DNA of 64,000 nucleotides from Okamejei kenojei (lineage: Eukaryota): the NCBI GenBank assembly GCA_035221665.1, contig CM069142.1, forward strand, positions 58,094,001 to 58,158,000. Direction: 5' to 3'. Shown piece by piece: positions 27,622 through 40,471 of the stretch; position 1 is the first letter of the stretch; every line of letters begins with the position of its first letter. Below the pieces are notes generated by a model. The model saw only the letters and a list, made by a program, of their open reading frames with translations. It searched no databases and had not been told where the DNA came from. A program made the translations under genes and the position numbers.

Positions 27622-29530
27622 CAACCCGTCCGGCTAGTAACACCTTTCATCGGCGAATTTACCAAACAGACCCAATGGGCAAGGCAAGAGCTTCGATTGG
27701 GAAAGGGACATCATCGCGTTGATTGGTTACCGTCCCTTTATTTTATGTTGTTCCCAATTTGTTTCGCGTCTGATGGCATCTTTCGTCGCGCACCTTATCT
27801 TGAAGCAAAAGTTTTCAGTTGATTTCAGCCGATTTGACACGCGCCCTTGTTGTCCTTTCGGCATTAGAGATAAACAGACTGAGGTCGCTTCCAGCCAATG
27901 GATTGGAACAAATTTGAACTGCAGAGAATTTCCGTGTCAATCAGTTAGTGATTTTTTGTTTTGTTTACTAACCCGCCGCATTTGGACAGGCAGTCACTGC
28001 TACGCACGGGCCAGGGGCACTAACGTGAAAGTGTATTTTTGTATGTTTTCCAAGCATCTTTGGGGTTTTTTTTTTTTAAAAACTAAACGTTAACAACACC
28101 GGCATTCTCTGTGTCCCAAGTACCTCCAGGTTATTTGGGAGAGCAGAGTTCCAACCCCCCGCACACACAATGCCTTGAAACACGCCCATCTCGTCGAGGG
28201 AAGAGAAAAAAACACTCACATTGATTTGATCTATGATCGGATAGCGGTTGCTTCGTGCCTGTTTGATACAGAGCAGACTTACCTAAGTGAGATGGAGAGG
28301 GGAGGAAATGGATTGGGGGTCTTGTGCCTTGCACGACCGTTCACAGGTTGAGGCGGTGTTGATGCTAAACCAAGAGACGCCGATGTCGGTACATCTTAAG
28401 TCAGTAGCTTTTCTTCCTCGGCCGGCAGCTCCCCCAAAGAGGCACAGCATGCAAATATTGAGCTCTGCTCGTTCGCACCACAAATGGTCTAAAAACTACC
28501 GGTGGAGTCGAGTAAATAACATTTCCAGATGGTCCCCGACCGAACCACAGTCGATCTGTTGTGTTTGCAGACGTGTACACGAAATGGGGAAAAGATGGAC
28601 AGATAACATTGCAACATCAACAAGTTCCAGGTGCGCCAGACACCAGAGGACAGACATCCCTGAACCACGCACATTCTGGGAGTCCACTTCCAAGACAAAA
28701 GGTCGCGGCTTTTATAGATATCGGTTGAATGTTATTTAATTTGCATTGTGAGTATCGTTTCATTTGCTGGTCAACACAGAGAGAGAGAAAAAAAAAAAAG
28801 ATGATGGCAAAGCGGGACTTTAAATCAGTGTTTCAAAGAGTGGAACACGATTGCGAAGAGGAAGATGTTGGGCTGCAGGCAGCAAATTAGCTGGATTTGT
28901 TATTTAAAGCTTGGGTTTCCAAGAATTCCTTGTTTGTTCTTTAAAACAATATCGAAGGAGCACCTGTGTCTACTTGCTACCTTACAGAATTAAAATGTCA
29001 ACTGTCTTCTACGTGTGTGCAGTGTGCTGTCGCACGAATGGACCATTTACCCGATTCTGATGAACTATAAATAGTATCACTTTCTCGAGTCAAGCTTATT
29101 ATTGTACTTATATTTGTAAATAAGCAAGAGGTTTTTTTTTAAAGAAACCTCCCAGCACCTCATTGCTAGTAAATATACAGACATCACTCCGCTTCACACT
29201 GCTCTCAAGTGTCTCTTTTTTGGTCAAATAATTTTTCAATGCCATTCGCAAAACTCTATAGATTTTTTTTTTAAATTCTTGTTGTTTTCTGAATCTAGAT
29301 ATTGTGGGTATAACATCACACGCATTGTGAAAATATCTCCCCTGATCACTGCAAATCACCCATTAGATGCCTTTCCTTTCCGTTCAGCAGATGACTACCG
29401 CGGTAAATGATACCCAGAGCGGCTGGACTGCTGCAGGTTTTTCTGATGAACATTCATACTCTTTGTACGAAAGTTTCTTGAACGATTTAATAGTTCTGTG
29501 GCTGGCTAATAAATTAGTTTGTTGGACAAG
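27622..29530 (+). other. RUNX1: Putative RUNX1 3' UTR with candidate polyA signal AATAAA at 29508-29513
   Basis: About 1.9 kb with no recognisable repeats directly after the stop codon, in an otherwise repeat-saturated window. U-rich; AATAAA is followed by GT-rich sequence, and a LINE tail begins at about 29553. The true 3' end cannot be proven from sequence. Confidence 0.6.
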
Positions 29531-29552
29531 TATTGACTTGCATCTGTTTATT

Positions 29553-30125
29553 AGTCAAGAGTCAAGAGGGGTTTTATTGTCATATGTCCCAGATAGAACA
29601 ACGCAATTTGTACTTGCAGCAGAGACAACAGAATATGTAAACATAGTACACTGTAAACAATGTAATACATTAGAAAACAATGTTCAGTGTGTGTATATGC
29701 ACACATGTGCATATGTACACGTAAAAAACAAACAATAATAGTGCAATAATAACAGTAATAGTCTATGTAGTTCTGAGCTTATTTGAGGTTATAGTGTTCA
29801 ATAGCCTAATGGCTGTGGGGAAGAAGCTGTTCCTGAATTTGGATGTTGCAGTTTTTAGGCTTCAGTACCTTCTTCCGGATGGCAGGGGTGAAATGAGTGT
29901 GTGGCCAGGGTGCTGTGGGTCTCTGATGATGCTGGCTGCTTTTTTGAGACAGCGACTCCGGTAAATCCCTTCAATGGTGGGGTGGTCAGAGCTGCTGATG
30001 GACCGGGCAATGTTCACAACTTTTTGCAGTCTTCTTCACTCCTGGGCATTCAAGTTGCTGAACCAGGCCACGATGCAACCAGTCAACATGCTCTCTACTG
30101 TACACCTGTAGAGGTTCAAGAGAAT
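29553..30125 (-). mobile_element. Rex1/Babar-like LINE 3' end
   Basis: (gtcaaga)n tail, tttattgtcat and aagaagctgttcctgaa; the minus strand encodes SFFP.AIRLLN. Confidence 0.75.
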
Positions 30126-30469
30126 CTGGTATTTGATTTTTTCCCCCCACCCATTTAACCCTTCCCTTCTCACCATTGCCTCCTTGTCGTTAGGTTCCCC
30201 GCCACCTTAAAAAGTAGTTATAGAAGTCAGCCGATAACCTCAGATATAAAAGTATTGACTTGCATAAATTCTAGTGATAGGAGCAGAATTAGGTCATTCG
30301 ACCCATCAAGTCTACTCTGCCATTCAATCATAACTGATCTATCTTTCCCTCTCCACCCCATTCTCCTGCCATCTCCCCATAACCTTTGACACACGTACTA
30401 ATGAAGAATCTATCTATCTCAGCCTTAAATATATCTATTGACAGCCTCCACAGCCTTCTGAAGGAAGGA

Positions 30470-31430
30470 TGCAAGGAACAGCGCCCCATATTCTGCTTGG
30501 ATAACTCACAGCCCAACGGGATGAACATTGAATTCCCCAATTCTGAGTAACGCCCTCCTCCCCCTCTGTCTTTTCTGCCACCCCCACCCCTCACCCCCCA
30601 TTGCACCCCGGTATGCAGCCTTCAGACTTTCGAGATATAGCTTGGAAACAGGCCCTTCGGCCCACAAATCCGCGCCAACCAGTGATCACGCCGTACAATA
30701 GTTCTACACGGTAGGAACAATATACAGAAGCCATTTAACCTACAAACCTGCACGTCTTTGGAATGTGGAAGGAAACCAGAGCACCCGGAGAAAACCAAAG
30801 CGGTCACAGGAAGAACGTACAAACTCCATACATAGAGCACTTTTATTCAGGATCGAACCCGAGCCTCTGGCGCTGCAAGGCACAACTCTGCCGCTGCACG
30901 AAAGTGCCGCCCATTTCTCCAGCCTTTCCCCTCCAGTCCCCTTCCACCTCTGTCCTTCACTCTGAGAGAAAAAGCTCGTCTCCCAGACGGAACGAGATAA
31001 ACGCTTCATTCAAATCATTCTTCTTCTCCTCTTATCTGATACCCTTTTGTCTCCGTTTCACTTATCGCCTTTGTTCACCCATCAGACAATCAAACCCCCC
31101 CCCCCCCCCCCACCCACCCCTCGTCACTTGTATTCACCTATCACTTGCCAGACGTCGTCCCGCCCACGCCTCGCTTTTTCAGCTCCCCCCCACTGCCCCC
31201 CACTGCCTACTATAATCCAAAGATCATAGACAGCGGAGCTCTTTGATCTTTGCTATAATCAATCTGAAGGGTCCCATCCTTAGAGGTCGCATTTCCATCT
31301 CCCAGAGAGGGTCTGAAGAACGGTCTCGACCCGAAACGTCACCTGTCCCCTTCTTCAGAGAGATGCAGCCTGACCCGCTGAGTTACTCCAGTTTTTTGTG
31401 TCTACTTAACACCAGCATCTCCAGTTTCTA
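30470..31430 (+). mobile_element. Penelope-like element 3' region (ORF C-terminus, C-rich UTR, terminal repeat), interrupted by a SINE
   Basis: EQRPIFCLDNSQPNGMNIEFPNF at about 30476-30545 resembles a PLE ORF C-terminus. It is followed by C-rich sequence and the terminal gtctgaagaa...cgaaacgtcacc repeat at 31311-31430. Confidence 0.65.
30625..30910 (-). mobile_element. V-SINE (HE1-like)
   Basis: Family match. Confidence 0.85.
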
Positions 31431-31809
31431 CCTACACCTCCAGTGACGGTGCCCGACCTGTTTTCAAGTGTTATGCCTGCACTTTGTGGTTTGCTCAAGG
31501 CTTTTCGACATGCTGTGTTGCAGCGTGCACAATGTTTGAATGCACTTATGAATGCTGATCCTCGTCCTTGCAGAGTGCACAGCTTCAAAAGTGGAGCCAC
31601 ACCTCCAGTGCTTTGTGCCCGGTGTGGGTTGGATAAGCCACTAACGAGTGCATATTCCAGGACTCTCCTGTTATCGATGCTGCTGCGTATTACGCGAAGC
31701 TACACTAGGGGGCGCGGTGGCCACATTTCTAACCCCGCCCACCAGGAGTGATTACGTCAGCGGGACGATGACATCACCGCCCGCCGTCTCTCCCACAATG
31801 CATTGCGGC

Positions 31810-32008
31810 AGAGCCCAGGTACCTTTCCTGCAGCCACACCTGTCCCTTTACCTCCCCCCTCGACTCCATCCAAGGACCCCAACAGTCTTTTCAGGTGAGA
31901 CAGAGGTTCACTTGCACCGTCTCCAACTTCATCTACTGTATCCGCTGTTCCAGGAGTTGGCTCCTGTATATCGGCGAGACCAAGCGCAGGCTCGGCGATC
32001 GTTTCGCT
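31810..32008 (+). mobile_element. Penelope-like element GIY-YIG endonuclease fragment
   Basis: Frame from 31862 reads DSIQGPQQSFQVRQRFTCTVSNFIYCIRCSRSWLLYIGETKRRLGDRFA, the PLE GIY-YIG signature (IY.I.C..C...YIGET.R.L..R). Confidence 0.88.
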
Positions 32009-32361
32009 GGCTATAACCCCGGATAGATTCCAGGGTCAGCTCTGGTCTCACACCAGGAAAGATGTCAAGAGTTCGTAGGGAAACCAGATAGGGTGAGCAA
32101 TGAAATGTCTCAGTCATGTGTAGACTCTCGGGCTATTTATGTTGCAGGGGAGGGGAGTAGGGGACTTAGAGCATGTTCACAATCCCGTGGTGGAACAAAC
32201 AAGGAGAAGTTGTTCCAAGAGACGTACAACATGGACTTCGGTGATCACACCAGAGGCAACGGCAGTCGACAAACTCGGCAGAAAGTGGAGGGATAGCGTT
32301 TCAGGAGACCCTTCACAAAGAGGACTGGGCCTAGCACTGAAGGGGAAATTTTGTAAGGGGA

Positions 32362-32535
32362 GATAGATACTAAATGCTGGAGTAACTCAGTAAGGCAACA
32401 TTTCTGGAGAAAATGAATGGGTGATGTATCGTTTGGGGTCGGGACCCTTCTTCAGAGATGCTGCCTGATCCACTGAGTTACTCCAGAATTTTGTTTCTAT
32501 TTTCGGTATAAACCAGCATCTGCAGTTCGTTCAGA
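32362..32535. mobile_element. Fold-back PLE-terminal short element
   Basis: Inverted arms ctggagtaactcagt / actgagttactccag. Confidence 0.7.
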
Positions 32536-34394
32536 CACAAGGTAAAAGGGGACCCAGGAGGGTGCTCGTTCAAAGAGACTAGCTCGGCTCAATGGGCCAA
32601 ATGGCCAGCACCCACTGCACCCATTGATTCCAGCAGCAATATTGGTGCCAACTCCACACCTCCCTGCATGCCAACATCTCCAGCGCAACACAACCCCTCT
32701 TGCCCAACACCACCCTCCCGCTCCAACACCCCTCTCTACCCCCCCCCCAACCATGGCGTACCCCACCCACCCGGGGCGCTCTGCCCTCCCTCGGGTCATG
32801 GGCCCGCCACCCCCTCACCTTGTAGTAGGCCAGTGAAACAGCTTGATAAAGCTCAAAAATGTCTTATCTCGGAAGTGATCATCTTGATCAAACTCATTCT
32901 CATTCCTTCGACCAATGCTGTAGGAGAGACAGCGAGACGATTAAAGACATGGCTTACTTGGCTGTTCTTCATGTCCACAAGGAACGCACATCTTAGTTAG
33001 ACTTAGTCACAGTAGTAAATGAGTTTGTTTTGAAAAATGACAGTAGGAAGAAGAACCTTGGTGTGTTCACCCAACAAGACTTCAGGAAAAACATGTTGTT
33101 TCGTCAAAACGTAATTGGACCGTAGCACACTTCAAGTAAGTCCTTCACTCTTTCTAATCTATATTTCCTTTTTTCCTTTTTACACCAAACACGTACAGGT
33201 AAACCAAACCCTGTCGCAGTCTGAAGAAGGGTCTCGACTCGAAACGTCACCGATTCTATCCAGAAATACTGCCTGTCCAGCTGAGTTACTCCAGCATTCT
33301 GTGTCCATCTCCAGCCATCGATAGAGCGGTTTCCCCGCGCCGTGCATTCTGGGAAAGTATGACTGCCATCGCTGCATTTGCAGGAATGGATTCCATTGAA
33401 ATTCCCAAGAGTCCTAACCGAAACGTCAACTATCTATGTTCTTCGTTAGTTTTGCTTAATGTCACTTGTACCAAGATACAGTGAAACACTTTTTTTTGTT
33501 GCTTGCTATCCAGTCAGGGGAAAGACTGCAAAGTAAACCCTCATTATAATGGACCATAGTGGGGAGGAGAGGGTACAGTATTATCATCGTATCTAATCGA
33601 AACAATGAACTGCAGATGATGGATAATGCACAAAGGGACACAGGGTGCTATAGGAACTCAGAGAGTCAGGCAGCATCTCTGGAGGACATGGATAGGTAAC
33701 GTTGGAACCCTTCTTCAGACTGATTCTATCTGCTGAGTCACCCCATTATTCTGTGTTGTTTCAACTTAAAACTAAGTGACGATGCCACTAGTGTGCACCA
33801 GCGAGCCCTTCTCCACCCCCCCCCCCCCCCCCCCCCAACACGGTCCGGTGACGCGGCTGTGGTTACGGCTCACCGTGTAGCCACTGGAGACAGCGCCTTC
33901 TTCAGGCCTTCGCTAACGACAAGATCAACAAATGCAACAATATTCATCATGGGGCTCCCTCCCCTCTCACCTGCTGCTGCTTCCAAGGTGGAGTACGTTA
34001 GTGACTCCAGGGGAGATGGAGGAGATGGGGGAAGGAGGCCGAGTAGACAGAGCGATGGGAGAAGGAGGCGACGGCAGCAGGGTGGGGGGGGCAGATAAAG
34101 CGACAGGCCGACAGGAAAAAGCAGCAGCAGGTGGGAGGGGATGGAGCCCCACAGTGACCAAGCTCGGAGAATGAGCTGTCCCCAGGGGCTCCAACGTGAG
34201 CTGCAACAAAAGCCGTGTCAACGTGACCATGGTGGGTGAAAAAGGCCTCGCTGCTTCACCTTGCGCGTCTGAGAGGGTCGTCGGAATCCAGGGCTGTAAG
34301 CCGAGGGGAGGCAATGCAAGCCGGGGATGGCATCAGCAGATCCATCCGCTATATCCAAAATCCATTTTAAAGGTGTCCATTAAAACAAGGGTTT

Positions 34395-35600
34395 ACTGTG
34401 CATGATTACAATCAAGCCATCCACAGTGCACAGATACAAGATAAAGGGAATAAAGTTTAGTGCAGGACGCAGTTCAGTAATGTCCAAATAAAAATAGTCC
34501 AAGGGTCTCCAATGAGGTAGATGTTAGGTTAGGAGTCACGACTACTCGAGTCGGTGATAGGATGGTTCAGTTGCCTGATAACATCTGGGAAGCTATTGTC
34601 CCTAAATCTGGAGGCAGGTGTTTTCACGCTTCTGTAACTCTGAGCTGATGGGAGCGGGGAGAAGTGGAAGTGTTCAGAGTGAGACTCATCCTTGATTATG
34701 CCATGGCAGCATGAGGTGTAAATGGAGTCAATAGAAGGAAGATGGTTTGTGTAATGTTCTGGGCTGCGTCCACAATTCTTTGCAATTTCTTGCGGTCTTG
34801 AATAGAGCTGTTCCCAAAACATGCTATGATGCATCCCGATAAAATGCGTCCTACGACGCGTAGAAACATAGAAAATAGGCCATTTGGCCCTTCAAGCTGG
34901 AGAAGGCCTGCACCGCCCTTCAAGCTGGAGAAAGCCTGCACCGCCATTCAATATGATCATGGCTGATCATCCAACTCAGTATCCTGTACCTGCCTTCTCT
35001 CCATACCCCCTGATCCCTTTGGCCCCAAGGGCCACATTTAACTCCCTCTTAAATATAGCCAATGAACTGGCCTCAACTACTTTCTGTGGCAGAGAATTCC
35101 AGAGATTCACCACTCTCTGTGTGAAAAATGTTTTTCTCATCTCGGTCCTAAAAGACTTTCCCTTTATCCTTAAACTGTGACCCCTTGTTCTGGACTTCCC
35201 CAACATTGGCAACAATCTTCCTACATCTAGCCTGTCCAACCCCTTAAGAATTTTGTAAGTTTCTATAAGATCCAATAGAAACTTACAAAATTCTTAAGAG
35301 GTTGGACAGGCTAGATGTTGGGGACATTCTGTAGAGTTGTTGGGGACATGCCAAACCTCTAAGAAAGTAAAGGCATCGTGCTTTTTTGCTTCAATATGGG
35401 TGGTCCAGGACAAGTTGCTGGTAATATTTACTCCTAGGAATTTGAAGCTTTCAATCATCTCTACTCCGGTGCTATCAATGCATACCCGGGTTTGTGTACC
35501 TCTTTGCTTCCTGAAGTTAATCACTATCACTGTTGTCTTGTTAACATTGAGATAAATTATTGGCTTGACACCAGATTTCGGGACCACCAAATCCACCACA
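34395..35600 (-). mobile_element. Rex1/Babar-like LINE fragment interrupted by CR1
   Basis: LNVNKTTVIVINFRK...VEMIESFKFLGVNITSNLSWTTHI and ILSGCIIACFGNSS...RKKLQRIV. Confidence 0.8.
34861..35317 (-). mobile_element. CR1 3' fragment with an inverted 5' segment, inserted in a Rex1-like LINE
   Basis: [15 protein letters not shown]...FFTQRVVNLWNSLP. 35224-35263 is inverted against 35276-35317. Confidence 0.88.
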
Positions 35601-35862
35601 CCATTTGATAGATAATGTTTGCATTTAACCTTAAGGGGAATTTTACAGCGGCCAATTAACATGCATCTTTGGCATGCCTTTGACAAGGTATTCCAAAGAT
35701 TCGCAAACCATCCAGAGGAAAAAACATCTACCTCGCCTCGGTGATTTACGGACATCCTGTAACATGCATTCTGGTTATGGACTATTGCACGAGGACAAAA
35801 CTCCTCCCAGCAATTGGGCCAGCAAGTCACCAAAGCATCTTATATATTTCAATAAGATCACC

Positions 35863-36046
35863 AGTAGACAAAAGTACTGGAGAAACTCAGCGAGTGCAGC
35901 AGCATCTGAAGAAGTCTGAAGAAGGGTTTCGGCCCGAAACATTGCCTATTTCCTTCGCTCCATAGATGCTGCTGCACCCGTTGAGTTTCTCCAGCACTTT
36001 TGTCTACCTTCAATTTTCCAGCATCTACAGTTCCTTCTTAAACACA
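35863..36046. mobile_element. Fold-back PLE-terminal short element with 14 bp TSD
   Basis: TSD tcaataagatcacc at 35849-35862 and 36047-36060. Contains gtctgaagaagggtttcggcccgaaac. Confidence 0.85.
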
Positions 36047-37609
36047 TCAATAAGATCACCTTCTGGTTAATACGCAACAACTTTTCACTGTACACATGAC
36101 AATAAACTAAACTCCAACTTAGTCATTGGAAAAAAGAGGAGCAGATGTGTTGGTAAATCAGGGAGAAGTGTAAAAATAACAGGGTAATAATGATGGGCGA
36201 TTTCAACTACCATTGTGAAATGTTTGCCCAGTTAAAGACTATATGTGAAAGGCTGTTGCTGAAGACCAGCATGTTCGCTGAAAGAGGAAATTACTTTTAC
36301 TTGCAATATTATTTATTCCACAAGGGGACAGCAGAAGGCCAAGGACAGGCGAGATCCTTGTGTTCATGTCCACAGACTCATCAAACTACTTCAATATAAT
36401 GGGTGGCATTGGCAATTTGGAAAATGAATTTCTTTTTAAACCAGAGTGCAAAAAGCTTATGTGCTGGTGTTGATGAGCAATGGTATTTTCTGTAGCATTA
36501 ATAATAAAATCTAACCTACAGATCCCAACCTGCCAGTTCGCCTACAGCTGTCAATAACTGAGGGTTCCTCATTACGTTCAGTGTCATTGCTGAGTTTTGA
36601 ATTCCCAGTCGAATAGCCTCACACGGGATACACGATGGTTTGATTACAACTTCAAATCAATTTTGGTTCTGATGGTGCTGGAGTAACTCAGCGGGACAGA
36701 AGGAATATTTTGTTACTTTTTTGCATACAGTATATTTCATTCATTTGTTCTGTATCTCTATATCACTATCCATAACTTTTGTTTCCCTTTCTCCTGTCTG
36801 TCAGTCTGAAGAAGGGTCTCGACCTGACACGTCACCCATTCCTTCTCTCCAGAGATGCAGCCTGCCCTGCTGATTTACTCCAGCATTTTGTGTCTATCTT
36901 TGGGTTCAACCAGCAACTGCAGTTCCTTCCTACACATTTGTTCTGATAATATGTGTTCTCACCACTGAATGGTGGTAGATTGCAACCTTCACGTGACCAC
37001 CCTATTTCGACGAATGCAATCAACCTGGCTTGCACAATCAAATAAGATCAAATAGAACAAGACCAGTGGATGGCACCAACGTTCCAATCGGCAAGAATTG
37101 GCCGTGGAAGTAAAGACTCACCTTTGTAGCATGTAGGGAGGGTCAGAGGCAAGACCGAACCTCTGATATATTATCATTGGCATTGATAGAAAGATATTTG
37201 GTTACATTAAGATGTGCGCTACATCATATAACAAGCTTCCACAAGGGAGACACAAGAGTGCAAGGGTGGAAGAGTTACAAGGGCCAATGGTGAGAGGAAT
37301 TGACAGATACATCAATGCTTGTAGAAACAAGGAACCACAGAATTAATCGCAGGTTAATACACAGAAGGACGCAAAGTACTGGAGTTAGGTTAGGCAGAAT
37401 AGGCAGAATATGCGGAGAACATGGATAAGTGACGTGATAAGACACATTGGAGGAACGCAAGGGTAGATTACATCCAGGCACGTGTCGTCAGGGTAGGCAA
37501 TGTAGTCAATGCCTACCCTGACTAAAATGATAAAATGGTAATTATTAAATATAAATTGTAAAGGCATGGGAGAATTATGCCTATCTAAGAGATCGATCTC
37601 TTAGGTAGA

Positions 37610-39075
37610 AATATAGAAACATAGAAAATAGGTGCAGGAGTAGGCCATTCTGCCCTTCGAGCCTGCACCACCATTCAATATGATCATGGCTGATCATCCA
37701 ACTCAGTATCCTGTACCTGCCTTCTCTCCATACCCCCTGATCCCTTTAGCCACAACGGCCACATCCAACTCCCTCTTAAATATAGCCAATGAAGTGCTCA
37801 ACTACCTTCTGTGCCAAGAATTCCAGCGATTCACCACTCTGTGTGAAAAATGTTTTTCTCATCTCGGTCCTAAAAGATTTCCCCCTTATCCTTAAACTGT
37901 GACCCCATGTTCTGGACTTCCCCAACATCGGGAACAATCTTCCTGCATCTAGCCTGTCCAACCCCTTAAGAATTTTGTGTTTCTATAAGATCCCCCCTCA
38001 ATCTTCTAAATTCTAGTGAGTACAAGCCGAGTCTATCCAGTCTTTCTTCATATGAAAGTCCTGATATCCCAGGAATCAGTCTTGTGAACCCTCTCTGTAC
38101 TCCCTCTATGGCAAGAATGTCTTTCTTCAGAATTGGAGACCAAAACTGTACGCAATACTCCAGGAGTGGTCTCACCAAGACCCTGTACAACTGCAATAAT
38201 ACCTCCCTGCCTCAACACTCAAATCCTTTTGCTATGAATGCTAACATACCATTCGCTTTCTTCACTGCCTGCTGCACCTGCATGCCTTCAATGACTGGTG
38301 TACCATGACACCCAGGTCTCACTGCATCTCCCCTTTTCCTAATCATATAACCATATAACCATATAACAATTACAGCAGGGAAACAGGCCATCTCGGCCCT
38401 TCCAGTCCGTGCCGACCATTTGTTTTCCCCTAGTCCCATCTACCTGCACTCAGACCATACCCCTCCATTCCTTTCACGTCCATATACCTATCTGGATCGG
38501 CCACCATCCAGATAATAGTCTATGTTCCTGTTTTTGTCCACATTTGTCCTCACATTTACCCACATTATACTGCATCTGCCATGCATTTGCCCACTCACCC
38601 AGCCTATCCAAGTCACCTTGCAGCCTCCTAGCATCTTGGAGATGTTGCATTCAATTCCCTCGTCCAAATCATTAATATATAATGTAAATAGCTGGTGTCC
38701 CAGCACTGAGCCTTGCGGTACCCCACTAGTCACTGCCTGCCATTCTGAAAAGGACCCGTTTACTCCTACTCTTTGCTTCCTGTCTGCCAGCTAGTTCTCG
38801 ATCCACATCAATACTGAACCACCATTACCGTGTGCTTTAAGTTTGTATACTAATCTCTTATGTGGGACCTTGTTGAAAGCCTTCTGAAAGTCCAGATATA
38901 ACACATCCACTGGTTCTCTCTTATCCACTCTACTAGTTACATCCTTGAAAAATTCAATAAGATTCGTCAGACATGATTTACCTTTCGTAAATCCGTGCTG
39001 ACTTTGTCCAATGATTTCACCACTTTCCAAATGTGCTGCTATCCCATCTTTAATAACTGACTCTAGCAGTTTCCC
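37610..39075 (-). mobile_element. CR1 LINE fragment (RT), frameshifted, with a nested CR1 3' tail at about 38345-38490
   Basis: QHGFTKGKSCLTNL, DVLYLDFQKAF and GVPQGSVLG motifs on the minus strand. Confidence 0.93.
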
Positions 39076-39095
39076 CTCTTCTGATGTTCGACTAA

Positions 39096-39400
39096 AACCC
39101 TTGTCTCACGGTGCGAGTTGACCCACGGGGTACCCCAATTTTAAAACAAATTTAACTTGTGGTAATCACATACAATTAACGTAGCGAGAACGCCGGAACT
39201 CGTGGACGCAACTTAGCGACTCGCGGAGCTAACGGCAGGTACCCGTGAAACATGTTAACTCTTGAAAAAATTCAAACATGTTTAAAGTTTTCCACGAGTA
39301 TAATGTACTGTTGAAGTTAAAAATGTAAACATTTAATCTCGTTGTAAGAACTTGGTGGCCCGTGAGTTAAACTTAGAGACTCTTCAGTCTACCGTGGGCA
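39096..39400. mobile_element. Degenerate Harbinger-like MITE
   Basis: cccttgtctcacggt at the left end and accgtggg at the right; internal similarity to 1881-2173. Confidence 0.45.
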
Positions 39401-40471
39401 CTCTGAACTTGGCAGCTGGACAGATAATTTTTTTAAAATTCAGATTAAATCACTATTCTGTAACTTGCAGTTGATGCAGAGAGCACTGTGGGGAGGAATT
39501 TGCAGTAAGCGTGATGTGCTGAAATTAGTTGGTCCAGGCCTTTGTCTCACCTTTCCACCCCCCCACCAACCCATGATCATAATAAGCCCTTGCGATTTGG
39601 AACTTCCAGAGGTCCTTGTTGAAGACGGAGGGGATTGTCAGCAGAAACTGGGACAAAGGCAGCACAAAGCTCCACCGCCTGCTGTCCTGTTAACTATAGC
39701 CCACTGACCCGCTCTGCTCTATGATCTTTGCTCTTGAGCTGGTCCCCTCACTGTCCAGTCTACATTGAAAGACACGGACTGGGCAATGAATGCCATGCAG
39801 TGTCACCCAGCGCAGCAAGTGAGCCCATGTCCTGCTCCCGGCGGCTGCCGTCACCCTCCACTCCCCCAACCATTCAGTAATTCAGAATGGAGGAGATTTG
39901 GAAGCCTTGGGCAAATTGAGTTGTTACTTTCTTCATTATTATTATTATTATTATTATTTTGAGTGTTTTTTATGTCCCGCCAGCCTTCCTTCAAAATTTA
40001 GCAACTCAAAATGGGGGCGAGTCTTCATTGCCGGGAAATACGGTACTTTATTAAGAGATATGGCTTTTGAAGACAAATTACTTTATAAAAGTCGACTGAC
40101 ATCTTACGGAGAGGAGAACAATCTGCGCATGTGCAGTTTAAGATTTTTTTAAAGCCGACTGACTGCCTACCCTGAGTAATTACTCGCGGCACATGCCTGA
40201 TTACATCTATCTTAATACAAGGAATCTGATACATAAGACAGAAGAACGAAAGATGTTGATCAACACATAGGAATATTGCAACAGCAAAGACATGATTGTA
40301 AACGGTAAGACTAGCAACTCAATATTCCAGGCTGTGGAACCAACAATATAGGTGAGATCAGAAGGGGGACGTAATAATGGAAGTGACATTGAAATATGTA
40401 TAGGAATCCATTCCTGCAGAAGGCTTTGCAAGAAGAAGTATATGGATTGAATTGAGAAACAAAATAAGGGT

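Noticed and set aside
39571-39686. Possible minus-strand exon (SRRWSFVLPLSQFLLTIPSVFNKDLWKFQIARAYYDHG) between aacag and gttggt
   Set aside because: Weak polypyrimidine tract, no recognisable homology and no partner exons.
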